From positions 1 through 64,000 of the forward strand of contig JBDKTL010000007.1 of NCBI GenBank assembly GCA_039698055.1: a stretch of 64,000 bases of DNA, written 5' to 3'. Source of the stretch: Methanoregula sp. (lineage in GTDB: Archaea > Halobacteriota > Methanomicrobia > Methanomicrobiales > Methanospirillaceae). The notes under the pieces were generated by a model. It had not been told where the DNA came from and did no database searches. It was given only the letters and a program-made list of their open reading frames with translations. Numbering within the stretch: the first letter of the stretch is position 1; every line of letters begins with the position of its first letter. A program made the translations under genes and the position numbers. This document shows positions 8,750 to 18,021 of this stretch, piece by piece.

Positions 8750-10035
8750 TTTTTCTTTCTCACTACGAGCAGGTAATAGCCGGCACCTATCAGGACTGCG
8801 ACGATCAGGATAGCGACCAGCAGCACCTGCATAACGGAGGCAGACTGCGGTTTTGCCACAACCTGAACCGGGGTCTTGAACATGTCAGAGATCTGGCTGT
8901 TGTCAAGTGCGTCGCGGTACCGGATTTCCGTGTCAAGCGTGTAGTTTTTCACCACGGCCTGATTGTCGGCTTGTATCGCATAGCGGGCGGTTGCCTGTTC
9001 GCCGGGTTTCAGGGTTCCAAGGTATGCACCGTTATCTGTACTCGTGAACGGTTCAACCGCATTGAGCCGGGCCTGTGCATTATATGCGGTGTTTGTCCCG
9101 GTATTCTCGTATACCACTTCAATGACCATAGTCTGGCCGGGATAAATGCTCCCTGCAGAAGAGATTGTGGTAAAACTGATCTTGCCTCCGACCGGTACGC
9201 CAACAGTCACCGGTGAAGAGGTCACCACGTCGCCATCCGTGTTCTCGTAGGTGACGCTTACATCGACCGGGTAGGTCTGGGACCCGGCATTATTGGACGC
9301 GGCAACTTTGTAATGGCAGGTAATCACGCCATTGAGCGGGAAATCCCCCACAAAGACGCTTGCATCCGTCGGGATAATCAGGCTGTTGTCGTTGCGGGTA
9401 ATCGTCACCGTAGCTTTCTTCCCATCCTCAGATCCGATATTTTTTATGGTCAGGTTCAGGTAACCTTCCGTCCCGACATTGAGATTTTCCGGAACGACCG
9501 AAAGCACGGCAATCTTCACATGGGGCTTGATGTTTATCGTGAGGGGGATGGTGTCTGTGACATCGTTATACAGGAACTGGAGGATGTTGCTGTACTCCTG
9601 GTCCTGCACCTTGAGATATTTGTACTTGAGGGTGAGGGGGATCTGGTACTGCCCGATGGTTGCATTCGAGAGAATCTTTGCATGGATTTGGACGGTTTTC
9701 GTACCGGGACTGGCAAGATCGCCAATAACCTGGGGATCGGACTTGATGATGATCGGTGCATCTCCTGAGGAGAGTCCGACATTTACCTGTTTGGCGGTAG
9801 TCGGCAAATCATCCGGCTGGAGGGTTCCTGAATTGGTGAATTTTATTTCAGTTACTCCACTGTTTTGCAGAGTTATACTGATGATAGCATCGTCACCAGG
9901 AGCAAACTCATTCAGACCGGAGACATATGCGGCCATCTGGGGACTTCCCCCGAAATATTTTGTGGCTCCCATGGCAGGTATACTGCAGCAGGCAGATACT
10001 ACAAGGAGGACGATAATAACGCTGCGATATTTCAT
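8746..10035 (-). CDS. COG1361 S-layer-domain surface protein
   Basis: Signal peptide, repeated Ig-like N.G...A / .G.L.PG units, C-terminal TM plus basic tail. Confidence 0.85.
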   Translation of the reverse strand: MKYRSVIIVLLVVSACCSIPAMGATKYFGGSPQMAAYVSGLNEFAPGDDAIISITLQNSGVTEIKFTNSGTLQPDDLPTTAKQVNVGLSSGDAPIIIKSDPQVIGDLASPGTKTVQIHAKILSNATIGQYQIPLTLKYKYLKVQDQEYSNILQFLYNDVTDTIPLTINIKPHVKIAVLSVVPENLNVGTEGYLNLTIKNIGSEDGKKATVTITRNDNSLIIPTDASVFVGDFPLNGVITCHYKVAASNNAGSQTYPVDVSVTYENTDGDVVTSSPVTVGVPVGGKISFTTISSAGSIYPGQTMVIEVVYENTGTNTAYNAQARLNAVEPFTSTDNGAYLGTLKPGEQATARYAIQADNQAVVKNYTLDTEIRYRDALDNSQISDMFKTPVQVVAKPQSASVMQVLLVAILIVAVLIGAGYYLLVVRKKK

Positions 10036-10250
10036 AAGGTATCACTTGTCGCTGTTGTTGTAACAGATTTACCTTGCATCCTATAAAGTGATGTCAGGCA
10101 AAAACTATTCCGCAACCCGATTATTATCCGGTATAATCCGGGTCATATACGGGTGTATCGGATTTGCAGGGGTCGTACCAATCATCGTCCGGTGCACGAT
10201 AAAAAACTGCCGCGATATGCAATGCCAGGAAAAAAAACATCGTCCGGGAA

Positions 10251-10997
10251 TCAGAGATCCCGGATCTCTTCCATTTCACTGATATCCATCATCCCTTTCA
10301 TTGCCTGCGTGTTCACCCACCGCCCCCCTTCGCGGATGGCAGCCATCGGGTTTGTCCCGCCAACAGCTGCGATCCCGACGTACTGCGGGCTCACCAGAAC
10401 ACCAAGCAGGGGGACATTGGGCATCCCTACCTCAAGAATTCCGGTGATGCTGCTGTCTGCCAGCTCGTCGAGCACCATCCCCACGAGCGGTTCTGCCTCC
10501 ATGTGGAACTCGCGGATGTTTGCCAGTAAAGTCCCACTCCCTTTCCGCATCACATTATTGACCGACGTGATCTTCTGGGAGATGAGAACCTGCAAAGGAT
10601 CGATGGTCGTGTATTCATAACGGATCATATGAGTGAACCGGATGGGAGTCCGGTTCTCGATCTCGACGACCCCGCCGCCGATCGGGTTTACAGGGATACC
10701 CCGCTTGATAAGCAGACCGTCAAATGTGATACTGCAGATCGTGCAGATAGCAGTGCAGTCTTGCGGAACAATAAACCCGGATACCTTTTCCCCCGAACGA
10801 AAAAACTTCACCATTCCACTAACGCTGACACCGGTCTTGATGGCATCCTTCAGGATCGATACAGCGTATTCGAAGTCCTCATTTTTAACCAGGGACAGGT
10901 TATACACCACTTTTCCGGTCCCTTTGACAGGATCGAACGTAACCTGCATCGCATAGTCCTCAATACTGTGATTGACAAATTTGAGGCGCGTGGTCAT
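10251..10997 (-). CDS. NrpR regulatory domain (DUF128) protein lacking wHTH (NrpRII-like)
   Basis: VTFDP..G.G.V..N, ICTICSITFDG.L, RFTH.I.Y..TTIDP and GGTNPMA motifs; no N-terminal HTH. Confidence 0.85.
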   Translation of the reverse strand: MTTRLKFVNHSIEDYAMQVTFDPVKGTGKVVYNLSLVKNEDFEYAVSILKDAIKTGVSVSGMVKFFRSGEKVSGFIVPQDCTAICTICSITFDGLLIKRGIPVNPIGGGVVEIENRTPIRFTHMIRYEYTTIDPLQVLISQKITSVNNVMRKGSGTLLANIREFHMEAEPLVGMVLDELADSSITGILEVGMPNVPLLGVLVSPQYVGIAAVGGTNPMAAIREGGRWVNTQAMKGMMDISEMEEIRDL

Positions 10998-11057
10998 TGT
11001 AGTAGTCTCGGATATTACAATAGAAAAATTGTTCTATAAGACCATGGCAATTTATGT

Positions 11058-12023
11058 ATGATGGAACACGATATGCGGGAAAAAGCCAAGAATGCAATGA
11101 GGCTCATTCTTGAAGCTGCGCGTTTTGAGGTTGAAGAGGTTGACGAACCTCTCGATCTCTCTGCGGTCCGTGATGGCACCTGCCTCCTGGTACTCTGTTC
11201 AAATGACAGCGACCTGATCAAACAGTTCGACAAGACCAATTACAGCCTCATGGTCGACGATCAAGAAATGACCTGTAAAAAACTTCTGTTCACCCTCGAA
11301 AAAGACACCGTCACCGAGAACTGCATCCAGTGGGGTATCGACGAGTTTGTCCGGTACACGGGTGAAGCGGTGCTGGCAGATATTGTCAGCCGGGAACTGT
11401 CACTTGACCTGACCCCGACAAAAGGTAAAAAAGCAGCCCCTGCAGCAGCTGCAACGGCTGCCGCACCAGTTGAAGATGAGTCTTCAGGAATTACCCTTCT
11501 GCATTTCCCGGTTAAGCTCACGGAACAGGCAGCAATCCGCACCGCAGGGATCCAAGGCGCAGCAAAACTCCGTTTCATTCCCTACTATCTTTTCCACTAT
11601 GTCAGCAGCGGCGAGCAGGTGTATAAGGACCGTCGCATTCCCTTTGATGCAGAGGGATGGGGTGCCATCAACGCGATCAACGGCATAAAACTGGACCTGG
11701 ACGGAAAACAGGCAGTTGAGTCGGAGATTCCCGTGGGTGCGGAAGTCTCGGATTCCCATATCACCAAGGAAGAAGCGGCAGAACGGATGGTCAACGAGCT
11801 CATCGAGCGCCTCACGCAGAAAGTCCGGATCAAGCAGGAGAAGGGCGATGCGATCTTCTACGAGGAAAAAACCCTCAAACCAGACCGGAAAAATATCATC
11901 GTCGAGACCAAACAGGTCTACATCCCCGTATGGCAGATCCGGGGCAAGAAGATCATCGAAGTAAATGCATTTACCGGAGAACTGCTGTCAGAACCCATGG
12001 ATGAAGGCGTAGAAGTCTTCTAA
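11058..12023 (+). CDS. Conserved hypothetical protein (possible degenerate nuclease-like N-terminus)
   Basis: Long ORF with host-like codon usage; L..A.F.VE....LDL.A start resembles Mrr-like folds; C-terminal VYIPVW...EVNAFTGE. Confidence 0.7.
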   Translation: MMEHDMREKAKNAMRLILEAARFEVEEVDEPLDLSAVRDGTCLLVLCSNDSDLIKQFDKTNYSLMVDDQEMTCKKLLFTLEKDTVTENCIQWGIDEFVRYTGEAVLADIVSRELSLDLTPTKGKKAAPAAAATAAAPVEDESSGITLLHFPVKLTEQAAIRTAGIQGAAKLRFIPYYLFHYVSSGEQVYKDRRIPFDAEGWGAINAINGIKLDLDGKQAVESEIPVGAEVSDSHITKEEAAERMVNELIERLTQKVRIKQEKGDAIFYEEKTLKPDRKNIIVETKQVYIPVWQIRGKKIIEVNAFTGELLSEPMDEGVEVF

Positions 12024-12035
12024 AACCCGCACACT

Positions 12036-13370
12036 ATGATCGTTGTTCTTGGCGGGGGTCCTGCCGGGAGGATTGCGTCAATACGGCTTGCATCCAAAGG
12101 AAAAAAGGTGACGCTCGTCGAATCCGGGGGGATTGGCGGGCAATGCCTTCATTTTGGCTGCATGCCGGTCTGTGCCCTGAACGATGCCGCCCGCATGGTA
12201 CGTTCGGCACGCACGCTGAATAATCTCGGAATTGCAGACGGGACGCCCCGCATTAATTTCCGCCGTCTTTTAACAGAGATGTACGCGATCCAGCAGAAGA
12301 TCGCATCGATTCTTGATGAAGAGACACGAACTGCCGGTGTCGATATTGTTTATGGAAAAACCGGGCGGATTGACGGGCAGGACGTTTTTATCGGGGAGGA
12401 GAAGATCGAAGCCGAAGCGGTGATTGCCGCAACCGGCTCACGGCCAAACATTCCTGCAATCGGGGGCATTGCACTCCCCGGAGTATATTCTCCCCACACG
12501 CTGCCCGCGATGAAGAGCCTACCGGAAAAGATGGTGATCATCGGGGGAGGTGTGATGGCTGCCGAGTTTGCCTACATCTTCAGCAGTTTCGGGAGCCAGG
12601 TAACGGTGCTGAGCCGGACCGGGTTTTTAAAAAATATCGACGGGCATCTCAAAAAAATTGCCATAAAGGAGCTTGCGGGGGTGGAGATCCGGGAGAACGC
12701 CGGCGTGAAGTCGATTCAGGGAGCATCGGGAGTGGAGTTTGTGGAGTTCGGATCGGGAGATGGCCAGGAATCTATCGATGCGGCTGCCGTGATGATTGCC
12801 GCCGGGCTCCTCCCGCGTTCCGACATGATCACGGGTGTGAAAAAAGGCCCATCCGGGGAAATACTGGTCAATGACCGGATGCAGACCAGTGTTCCCGGGG
12901 TGTATGCCTGCGGGGACGTAACCGGCCCTCCATATCTTACGCCGGTTGCACGACACGAGGGAGTTGTTGCGGCAGATAACATTCTGGGGGGAAACCGGCG
13001 TATGGACTACCGGTTTATTCCCCAGTCGATCAACCTTACCCATGAACTGGCTTTCTGTGGTACCGCAGGTGAACGGAGTGCTTCCCTTGCGATCCCCGGC
13101 CCGGCCGGGCCCGGAACGTTCTGGTCGGTTCCATCCGGCGACACCGGGCTTGCAAAGATCATGGCCGATGCAGAGTCCGGGGAAATCACCGGCATATGTG
13201 CAGCAGGGCCCGGTGGAGGGCTGATAGCAGGATACATGGCGTTTCTTATGCAGCGCCATATCACCGTCCATGATTTCGAGGATTTCATCGAGGTTCACCC
13301 ATCAACGGACGGGGTGTATGGCCTGGCAAAATACACATCGGAGCTCCTTAAAAAGAGAACCGGGTCGTAA
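12036..13370 (+). CDS. Dihydrolipoamide dehydrogenase-like pyridine nucleotide-disulfide oxidoreductase
   Basis: GGGPAG, GGQCLHFGCMP redox disulfide, ATGSRP, GVYACGD, C-terminal HPST. Confidence 0.88.
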   Translation: MIVVLGGGPAGRIASIRLASKGKKVTLVESGGIGGQCLHFGCMPVCALNDAARMVRSARTLNNLGIADGTPRINFRRLLTEMYAIQQKIASILDEETRTAGVDIVYGKTGRIDGQDVFIGEEKIEAEAVIAATGSRPNIPAIGGIALPGVYSPHTLPAMKSLPEKMVIIGGGVMAAEFAYIFSSFGSQVTVLSRTGFLKNIDGHLKKIAIKELAGVEIRENAGVKSIQGASGVEFVEFGSGDGQESIDAAAVMIAAGLLPRSDMITGVKKGPSGEILVNDRMQTSVPGVYACGDVTGPPYLTPVARHEGVVAADNILGGNRRMDYRFIPQSINLTHELAFCGTAGERSASLAIPGPAGPGTFWSVPSGDTGLAKIMADAESGEITGICAAGPGGGLIAGYMAFLMQRHITVHDFEDFIEVHPSTDGVYGLAKYTSELLKKRTGS

Positions 13371-13383
13371 ATGGTTACCTGCG

Positions 13384-13425
13384 AAAAACACAGCGGGATC
13401 CCCGGTGTGTTTTTATTTTTTTTTG
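13384..13425 (+). terminator. Hairpin plus T-tract terminator
   Basis: AAAAACACA...TGTGTTTTT stem with inner CGGG/CCCG, followed by a long T run just after the stop at 13370. Confidence 0.6.
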
Positions 13426-13531
13426 TTTCCCGTCATGGAGATTGACAGGGTTCCGTTAAGTCTGTAGGTATTATTACGCTTGAAACCGAAGTATAATGTT
13501 ACAGATTATCTGACATCCCCGGAGCATATCC

Positions 13532-15079
13532 ATGACTGATCCTTCTGAAATTGTTGCATTTGACCAGACCCGACTCGATAAAGTCCGTGCACTGCGGGAA
13601 AACGGGGTTATGCCGTACCCGCATACCTTTGACCGGCAGAACACAATTCAGGAGATCAAAACCCGGTTTGCAGATATCACCCACGAGAAAAGTGCAGATA
13701 CCGTTTCCACGGCCGGGCGCCTGTATATCATCAGGAACCACGGCAAGACACTGTTTGCCGATCTTGGCGACGGGACCGACAAGATCCAGCTCTATATCCG
13801 CAAGAACGATGTCGGCGACGCACAGTTTGATTTTTTTAACCAGTATATCGAACGGGGAGATTTTGTCGGCGTTACTGGTCATGTGTTCCGGACAAAACTG
13901 GGAGAGATCACAATATGGGTGGATACGGTCACCCTGCTGTGCAAGGCAGTCTGCCCGCTGCCGGAGAAATTCCACGGCTTAAAAGATATCGAAAAACGGT
14001 ACCGGCAGCGATATGTCGATTTGATTGTCAATGACGAGAGCCGAGAAACCTTCCGGAACCGGAGCCGGATCATCTCGCTCATCCGCAGGTTCCTTGATGA
14101 GCGGGAATTTTTGGAGTTCGAGACCCCGATCCTCCAGCCGGTCTATGGAGGGGCAAACGCCCGGCCGTTCACATCCTACCACAACTGCCTCGAACAGAAG
14201 CTGTTCCTGCGGATTGCTCCCGAACTGTACCTCAAACGGCTTGTTGTCGGGGGATTTGAGAAAGTCTTTGAGATCGCACGGAACTTCAGGAACGAGGATA
14301 TCGATACCCACCACAACCCTGAGTTCACGATGGTGGAAATCTACTGGGCATACCATGATTTCCGGGACATGATGGAACTGACCGAGGATTTCATCTCATC
14401 CATCGTCACCGCAATCCACGGCAAAACCGAGATCCCGTTTGAGGATACCACCCTCCAATTTGAGAAACCATGGAAGAAACTCACCATGGCAGATGCGGTG
14501 AAGGAATATACCGGTATCGATATCTTTGCCCATAGCGTTGAAGAACTTCAAAAACTTGCCCGGGAAAACAAGCTGGACAACCCGGACAAGCCGACATCGC
14601 AGCGCGAATACCTTGTCCATTTCTTTGAAGGCATGGTTGAGGAAAAACTGATCCAGCCAACCTTCATCTATGATTTCCCGGTCGAGAACTCGCCGCTTGC
14701 AAAACGGCACCGGGAGAAAGAGGGGTTCACGGAGCGCTTCGAGCTCTTCATCTACGGTATGGAAGTGGCAAACGGTTTTTCCGAGCTTAATGACCCGGTA
14801 GACCAGAAGGAGCGGTTCGAGGCACAGGACGAGAAACGGCGTCTTGGGGATCTCGAAGCCCAGATGATCGACTACGATTTCATCAATGCACTCGGGTATG
14901 GCATGCCGCCAACCGGTGGCGTCGGGATCGGGATTGACCGTCTGGTGATGTTGCTGACCAATAATAATTCGATCAAGGAAGTTATCCTCTTCCCCTCGAT
15001 GAAAAAACTGGTGGAACTCGAAGAAGCACCGGGTGATACAGCCGACATACCGCCAGAGAACAAACCGGTTTCCGGCTGA
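13532..15079 (+). CDS. lysS: Lysine--tRNA ligase, class II
   Basis: OB-fold N-terminus, YRQRYVDL, GGANARPF, LRIAPELYLKRL, FRNEDID and GMPPTGG.GIGIDRL motifs. Confidence 0.98.
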   Translation: MTDPSEIVAFDQTRLDKVRALRENGVMPYPHTFDRQNTIQEIKTRFADITHEKSADTVSTAGRLYIIRNHGKTLFADLGDGTDKIQLYIRKNDVGDAQFDFFNQYIERGDFVGVTGHVFRTKLGEITIWVDTVTLLCKAVCPLPEKFHGLKDIEKRYRQRYVDLIVNDESRETFRNRSRIISLIRRFLDEREFLEFETPILQPVYGGANARPFTSYHNCLEQKLFLRIAPELYLKRLVVGGFEKVFEIARNFRNEDIDTHHNPEFTMVEIYWAYHDFRDMMELTEDFISSIVTAIHGKTEIPFEDTTLQFEKPWKKLTMADAVKEYTGIDIFAHSVEELQKLARENKLDNPDKPTSQREYLVHFFEGMVEEKLIQPTFIYDFPVENSPLAKRHREKEGFTERFELFIYGMEVANGFSELNDPVDQKERFEAQDEKRRLGDLEAQMIDYDFINALGYGMPPTGGVGIGIDRLVMLLTNNNSIKEVILFPSMKKLVELEEAPGDTADIPPENKPVSG

Positions 15080-15103
15080 ATTCATACCACAATAAAAAAA
15101 GAC

Positions 15104-15433
15104 AGGGTTTTACCCTCCCCTACCCCCCGCCCCAAAATTTTTCCGGAGGGGGCCTACCCCCACCATTATGTGGGGGGTAGTGGGGGGGTACCACAACCCC
15201 ACATCAGACCCGGTCCGAGCATCAATCTCATAAATGAAAACGGTGGCAACCGTAGCGTTCCGTCTGATGTCCACATGAAACAGTATACATGCACCAGTAA
15301 ACCGGTGTGTTTATCTCAATTCTGACACGGGGGGTGGGGTACCACCCCCACCCTAAAAAAATGCCAGAGGGGGAGTAAGGGGGGTCATTTAAAAAAATGG
15401 GCAGGGGGTATCCCATGTCTGACAAAACTGGAA
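15104..15433. repeat. G/C-tract-rich intergenic element with multiple inverted repeats
   Basis: Many C4-6 and G4-7 runs; CTACCCCC/GGGGGTAG hairpin, ACATCAGAC (15201-15209)/GTCTGATGT (15262-15270), GGGTGGGG/CCCCACCC. Confidence 0.6.
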
Positions 15434-15542
15434 CGATATTTTTTTAAACTGGCCTGCCCATAACAAGCCTCCTTGAACAAATACGAGCCTTGCCCGCCGT
15501 TCTGACAGAACAATTATCCCAGCAATTCTCCAACCTATTTCC

Positions 15543-16127
15543 ATGGCACCTGATGACACGCCACAAAGACATCATCATGAAGTGTTCTCAGCCACCAACG
15601 CCGGGCATCTCGATACCCGCTTCCGCCGGTATATTTACCGTCCTGACCGGCTCGCGGAGCGGTACGTGAAGCCCGGCGACCATGTGCTGGATTTCGGCTG
15701 CGGGCCGGGGTTTTTCACCCGTGAATTTGCACAACGGGTTGGTGAGAGTGGACTCGTGATCGCCGCAGACCTGCAGGATGAGATGCTCAAAATCCTGCGG
15801 GGCAAGATGGCAACAGAAGGTCTCATGCCCCGGATCAGGACGCACCGGTGCGAACCGGATACGCTGGGTCTTCTGGAACTGGACGGGACGATCAACGCGG
15901 CCTTTGCCATCTTTGTCGTCCACGAAGTGCCGGACCCGGCGAAGCTGTTCCGGGAAATTGCATCGCTGCTCGTGCCGGGCGGCCTGTTCTTTTATTCAGA
16001 ACCCCCGGTCCTCGTTTCCGGTGGGGAGTTCCGCGATAAGATCGCCCTGGCAGAGAAGGCGGGGCTCCGGCTGGTGGAACGAAGGCTGTTCTTCGTGAAC
16101 CGGGCGGCGGTGCTGAAAAAAGTGTGA
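15543..16127 (+). CDS. Class I SAM-dependent methyltransferase
   Basis: VLDFGCGPG motif I, AADLQ, VVHEVPD and LVPGG motifs. Confidence 0.88.
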   Translation: MAPDDTPQRHHHEVFSATNAGHLDTRFRRYIYRPDRLAERYVKPGDHVLDFGCGPGFFTREFAQRVGESGLVIAADLQDEMLKILRGKMATEGLMPRIRTHRCEPDTLGLLELDGTINAAFAIFVVHEVPDPAKLFREIASLLVPGGLFFYSEPPVLVSGGEFRDKIALAEKAGLRLVERRLFFVNRAAVLKKV

Positions 16128-16190
16128 TGAAACCCCCGGACCCGGACGTTTCCTGGCAGGAAAGGGGAGGTTGTCTCCCTGCAAACCCGG

Positions 16191-16574
16191 TTACTTCCGT
16201 CCGGTTGCAGGATTCTCCTGCTCATCTCCGGATGCCCTGCTCCGGCCACCCGCCATCGTGCAGCTGGCCGGAACGTAAAACCGCTTTGCGGCACTCAGGG
16301 ATTTCCCGCAGAAATCCCGGCAGGTTGATGGGCGCGTCGCGTAGATGGCGCAGCCCCACCGCACGATACCGCTGCCATCCGGCTCTATCCGTTCCAGGTG
16401 CCGGCAGGGGGAATCGACAAGGAAATAGCCCCCCTCTTCCCTGAGCCCCCTCTCACGGAGATAATGCAGCTGGTGGGGTTTGCACTGTTTAACAAGGGCA
16501 ATTGGCAGCCAGCGGCAGCACTCTCCGCATCGTGTACAGGCACCCCGTGACGGGGTGAGGGAAGAAGGAGCCAT
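16191..16574 (-). CDS. YkgJ-family cysteine cluster protein
   Basis: CxxCxxCC, C..L, CAIYATRPSTCRDF. Confidence 0.85.
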   Translation of the reverse strand: MAPSSLTPSRGACTRCGECCRWLPIALVKQCKPHQLHYLRERGLREEGGYFLVDSPCRHLERIEPDGSGIVRWGCAIYATRPSTCRDFCGKSLSAAKRFYVPASCTMAGGRSRASGDEQENPATGRK

Positions 16575-16711
16575 AGCAGTATCTCATTGGATCAGAACAG
16601 GTGTAAATAGTAACGATCGTTTTTTTTAGTCCTCACCGTCATTCTGTCTCTGGCAGACAAATCCAATAAAGGGAGTGCACAACAAAAAACGAGATACGAA
16701 ATAAAATGCCG

Positions 16712-16903
16712 TTACTTCTTGTGAGCCGGTTCCTCATCGTGATGGATCAGCCGGCACTTGTTCACACATTCCCAGTTCTCGGGCAGGAACTTCCCGTCAG
16801 ATCCCATCTTCACCGTAGTATGGTACTTCTCACCGCAGACAAGGCATTCCATCAGACCTGTCTTCTCATCAACGAGTTTTGTGGTGTGCTCTTTTTTGGT
16901 CAT
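16712..16903 (-). CDS. Small Cys-containing (zinc-ribbon-like) hypothetical protein
   Basis: 63 aa; MECLVCG and WECVNKC motifs; TATA-like TATATTA upstream. Confidence 0.6.
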   Translation of the reverse strand: MTKKEHTTKLVDEKTGLMECLVCGEKYHTTVKMGSDGKFLPENWECVNKCRLIHHDEEPAHKK

Positions 16904-16999
16904 AGACCTTTGTTTCTGGCGGGGAGGGTAATATACGTGTGGGTCGGGGACGTCCGGACTGCCGGGACTATTGCAGGGATTGCCTGATATCCGTCACGA

Positions 17000-17479
17000 T
17001 TATTTGTGATAGGGTTCACCCCGGAGAATCCTGAATGCCCGGTAGATCTGTTCAAGCAGCAGGAGCCGGGCCATCGGGTGAGTGAAGGTCATCTTCGAGA
17101 GCGAGAGACAAAAATCACACCGGGACAGGACGGCAGGAGAGAGCCCCAGATCCCCGCCGACAACAAATGCAATATGGCTCTTCCCGGCGATCTCCCATTC
17201 CCTGAATGCACCTGCCAGTTCTTCGCTTGACCAGCCGATCCCTTTCACATCGAGCGCCACGACATACGCGTGGTCCGGGATCGCCGCGCAAATCCGGTCC
17301 CCTTCTTTTTCGATGGCAATTTTTTCAATGGCTGCTGTCACAGTTGCCGGACGTTTCTCATCGGCAATCTCAACGATCTGTAGTTTCGCATACGGGCGGA
17401 GACGTTTTTCATACTCGGCAATCCCATCCTGCAAAAAATGTTCCTTGATTTTTCCGACCGCAATAACCCGGATCTGCAT
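17000..17479 (-). CDS. rlmH: 23S rRNA (pseudouridine1915-N3)-methyltransferase RlmH
   Basis: IAVGKIKE, EYEKRL, SSEELA, LSLSKMTFTH and EQIYRAF...G.PYHK SPOUT signature. Confidence 0.95.
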   Translation of the reverse strand: MQIRVIAVGKIKEHFLQDGIAEYEKRLRPYAKLQIVEIADEKRPATVTAAIEKIAIEKEGDRICAAIPDHAYVVALDVKGIGWSSEELAGAFREWEIAGKSHIAFVVGGDLGLSPAVLSRCDFCLSLSKMTFTHPMARLLLLEQIYRAFRILRGEPYHK

Positions 17480-17559
17480 CTGGTTTCCCTTGTATGGATG
17501 GATATAAAAAAATGCGCGTGGCTCAGGAATTAATAAAAGGAGCGGTGGAAGTAGATTAC

Positions 17560-17874
17560 CTATGGGTTACTTTTGCGCTCTTTTGTATCGATTTTTTGGG
17601 TGGAGAGCACATCCATGAGCACTTCTTTCATCATCATTTTCATGACTTCCCTACCCTCCTCTGAGGCCATATAATCCTTGAAATGCTCTTTGAACTGCCC
17701 CATATCGTGGTGATTATCGACGAAAGATAATAAAGCTTGCGTGATGCAGTCGGAGACCGTGGAGAACTTCTTTTCATCATACACGAGTTTATTGACCTTT
17801 TCATAGATATTGGGGGGCATTTTGTAGGATATGGCTACACGTTCCCCGCGAATCGACGGTACTTTTTCCACCAT
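17560..17874 (-). CDS. Ribbon-helix-helix (CopG/Arc) family protein
   Basis: VAISYKMPPNIYEKVNKLV...F.TVSDCITQAL RHH pattern. Confidence 0.7.
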   Translation of the reverse strand: MVEKVPSIRGERVAISYKMPPNIYEKVNKLVYDEKKFSTVSDCITQALLSFVDNHHDMGQFKEHFKDYMASEEGREVMKMMMKEVLMDVLSTQKIDTKERKSNP

Positions 17875-18021
17875 TCTCTAATAAGTTGGATAAAATCGTA
17901 TAAATAGACTCGTTATATCCCTTAAGTAATCCAATATTTCTGTTTGTATCCTTTATGTAATCTATATGGAATACTTTTTATGGCGCGACAGGTAATAGGA
18001 GTGTGTCTGGAGGTCGTCAGG

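Noticed and set aside
13532-15079. Class II LysRS as an anomaly
   Set aside because: Class II LysRS is already known in several Methanomicrobia, so it is not unusual for this lineage
15228-15425. 65-aa ORF in the G/C-tract element
   Set aside because: Low-complexity product of the repeat; no RBS or motif
15104-15433. Confident oriC call
   Set aside because: No cdc6/orc1 nearby, ORB matches are partial and there is no clear AT-rich unwinding element; kept only as an alternative hypothesis
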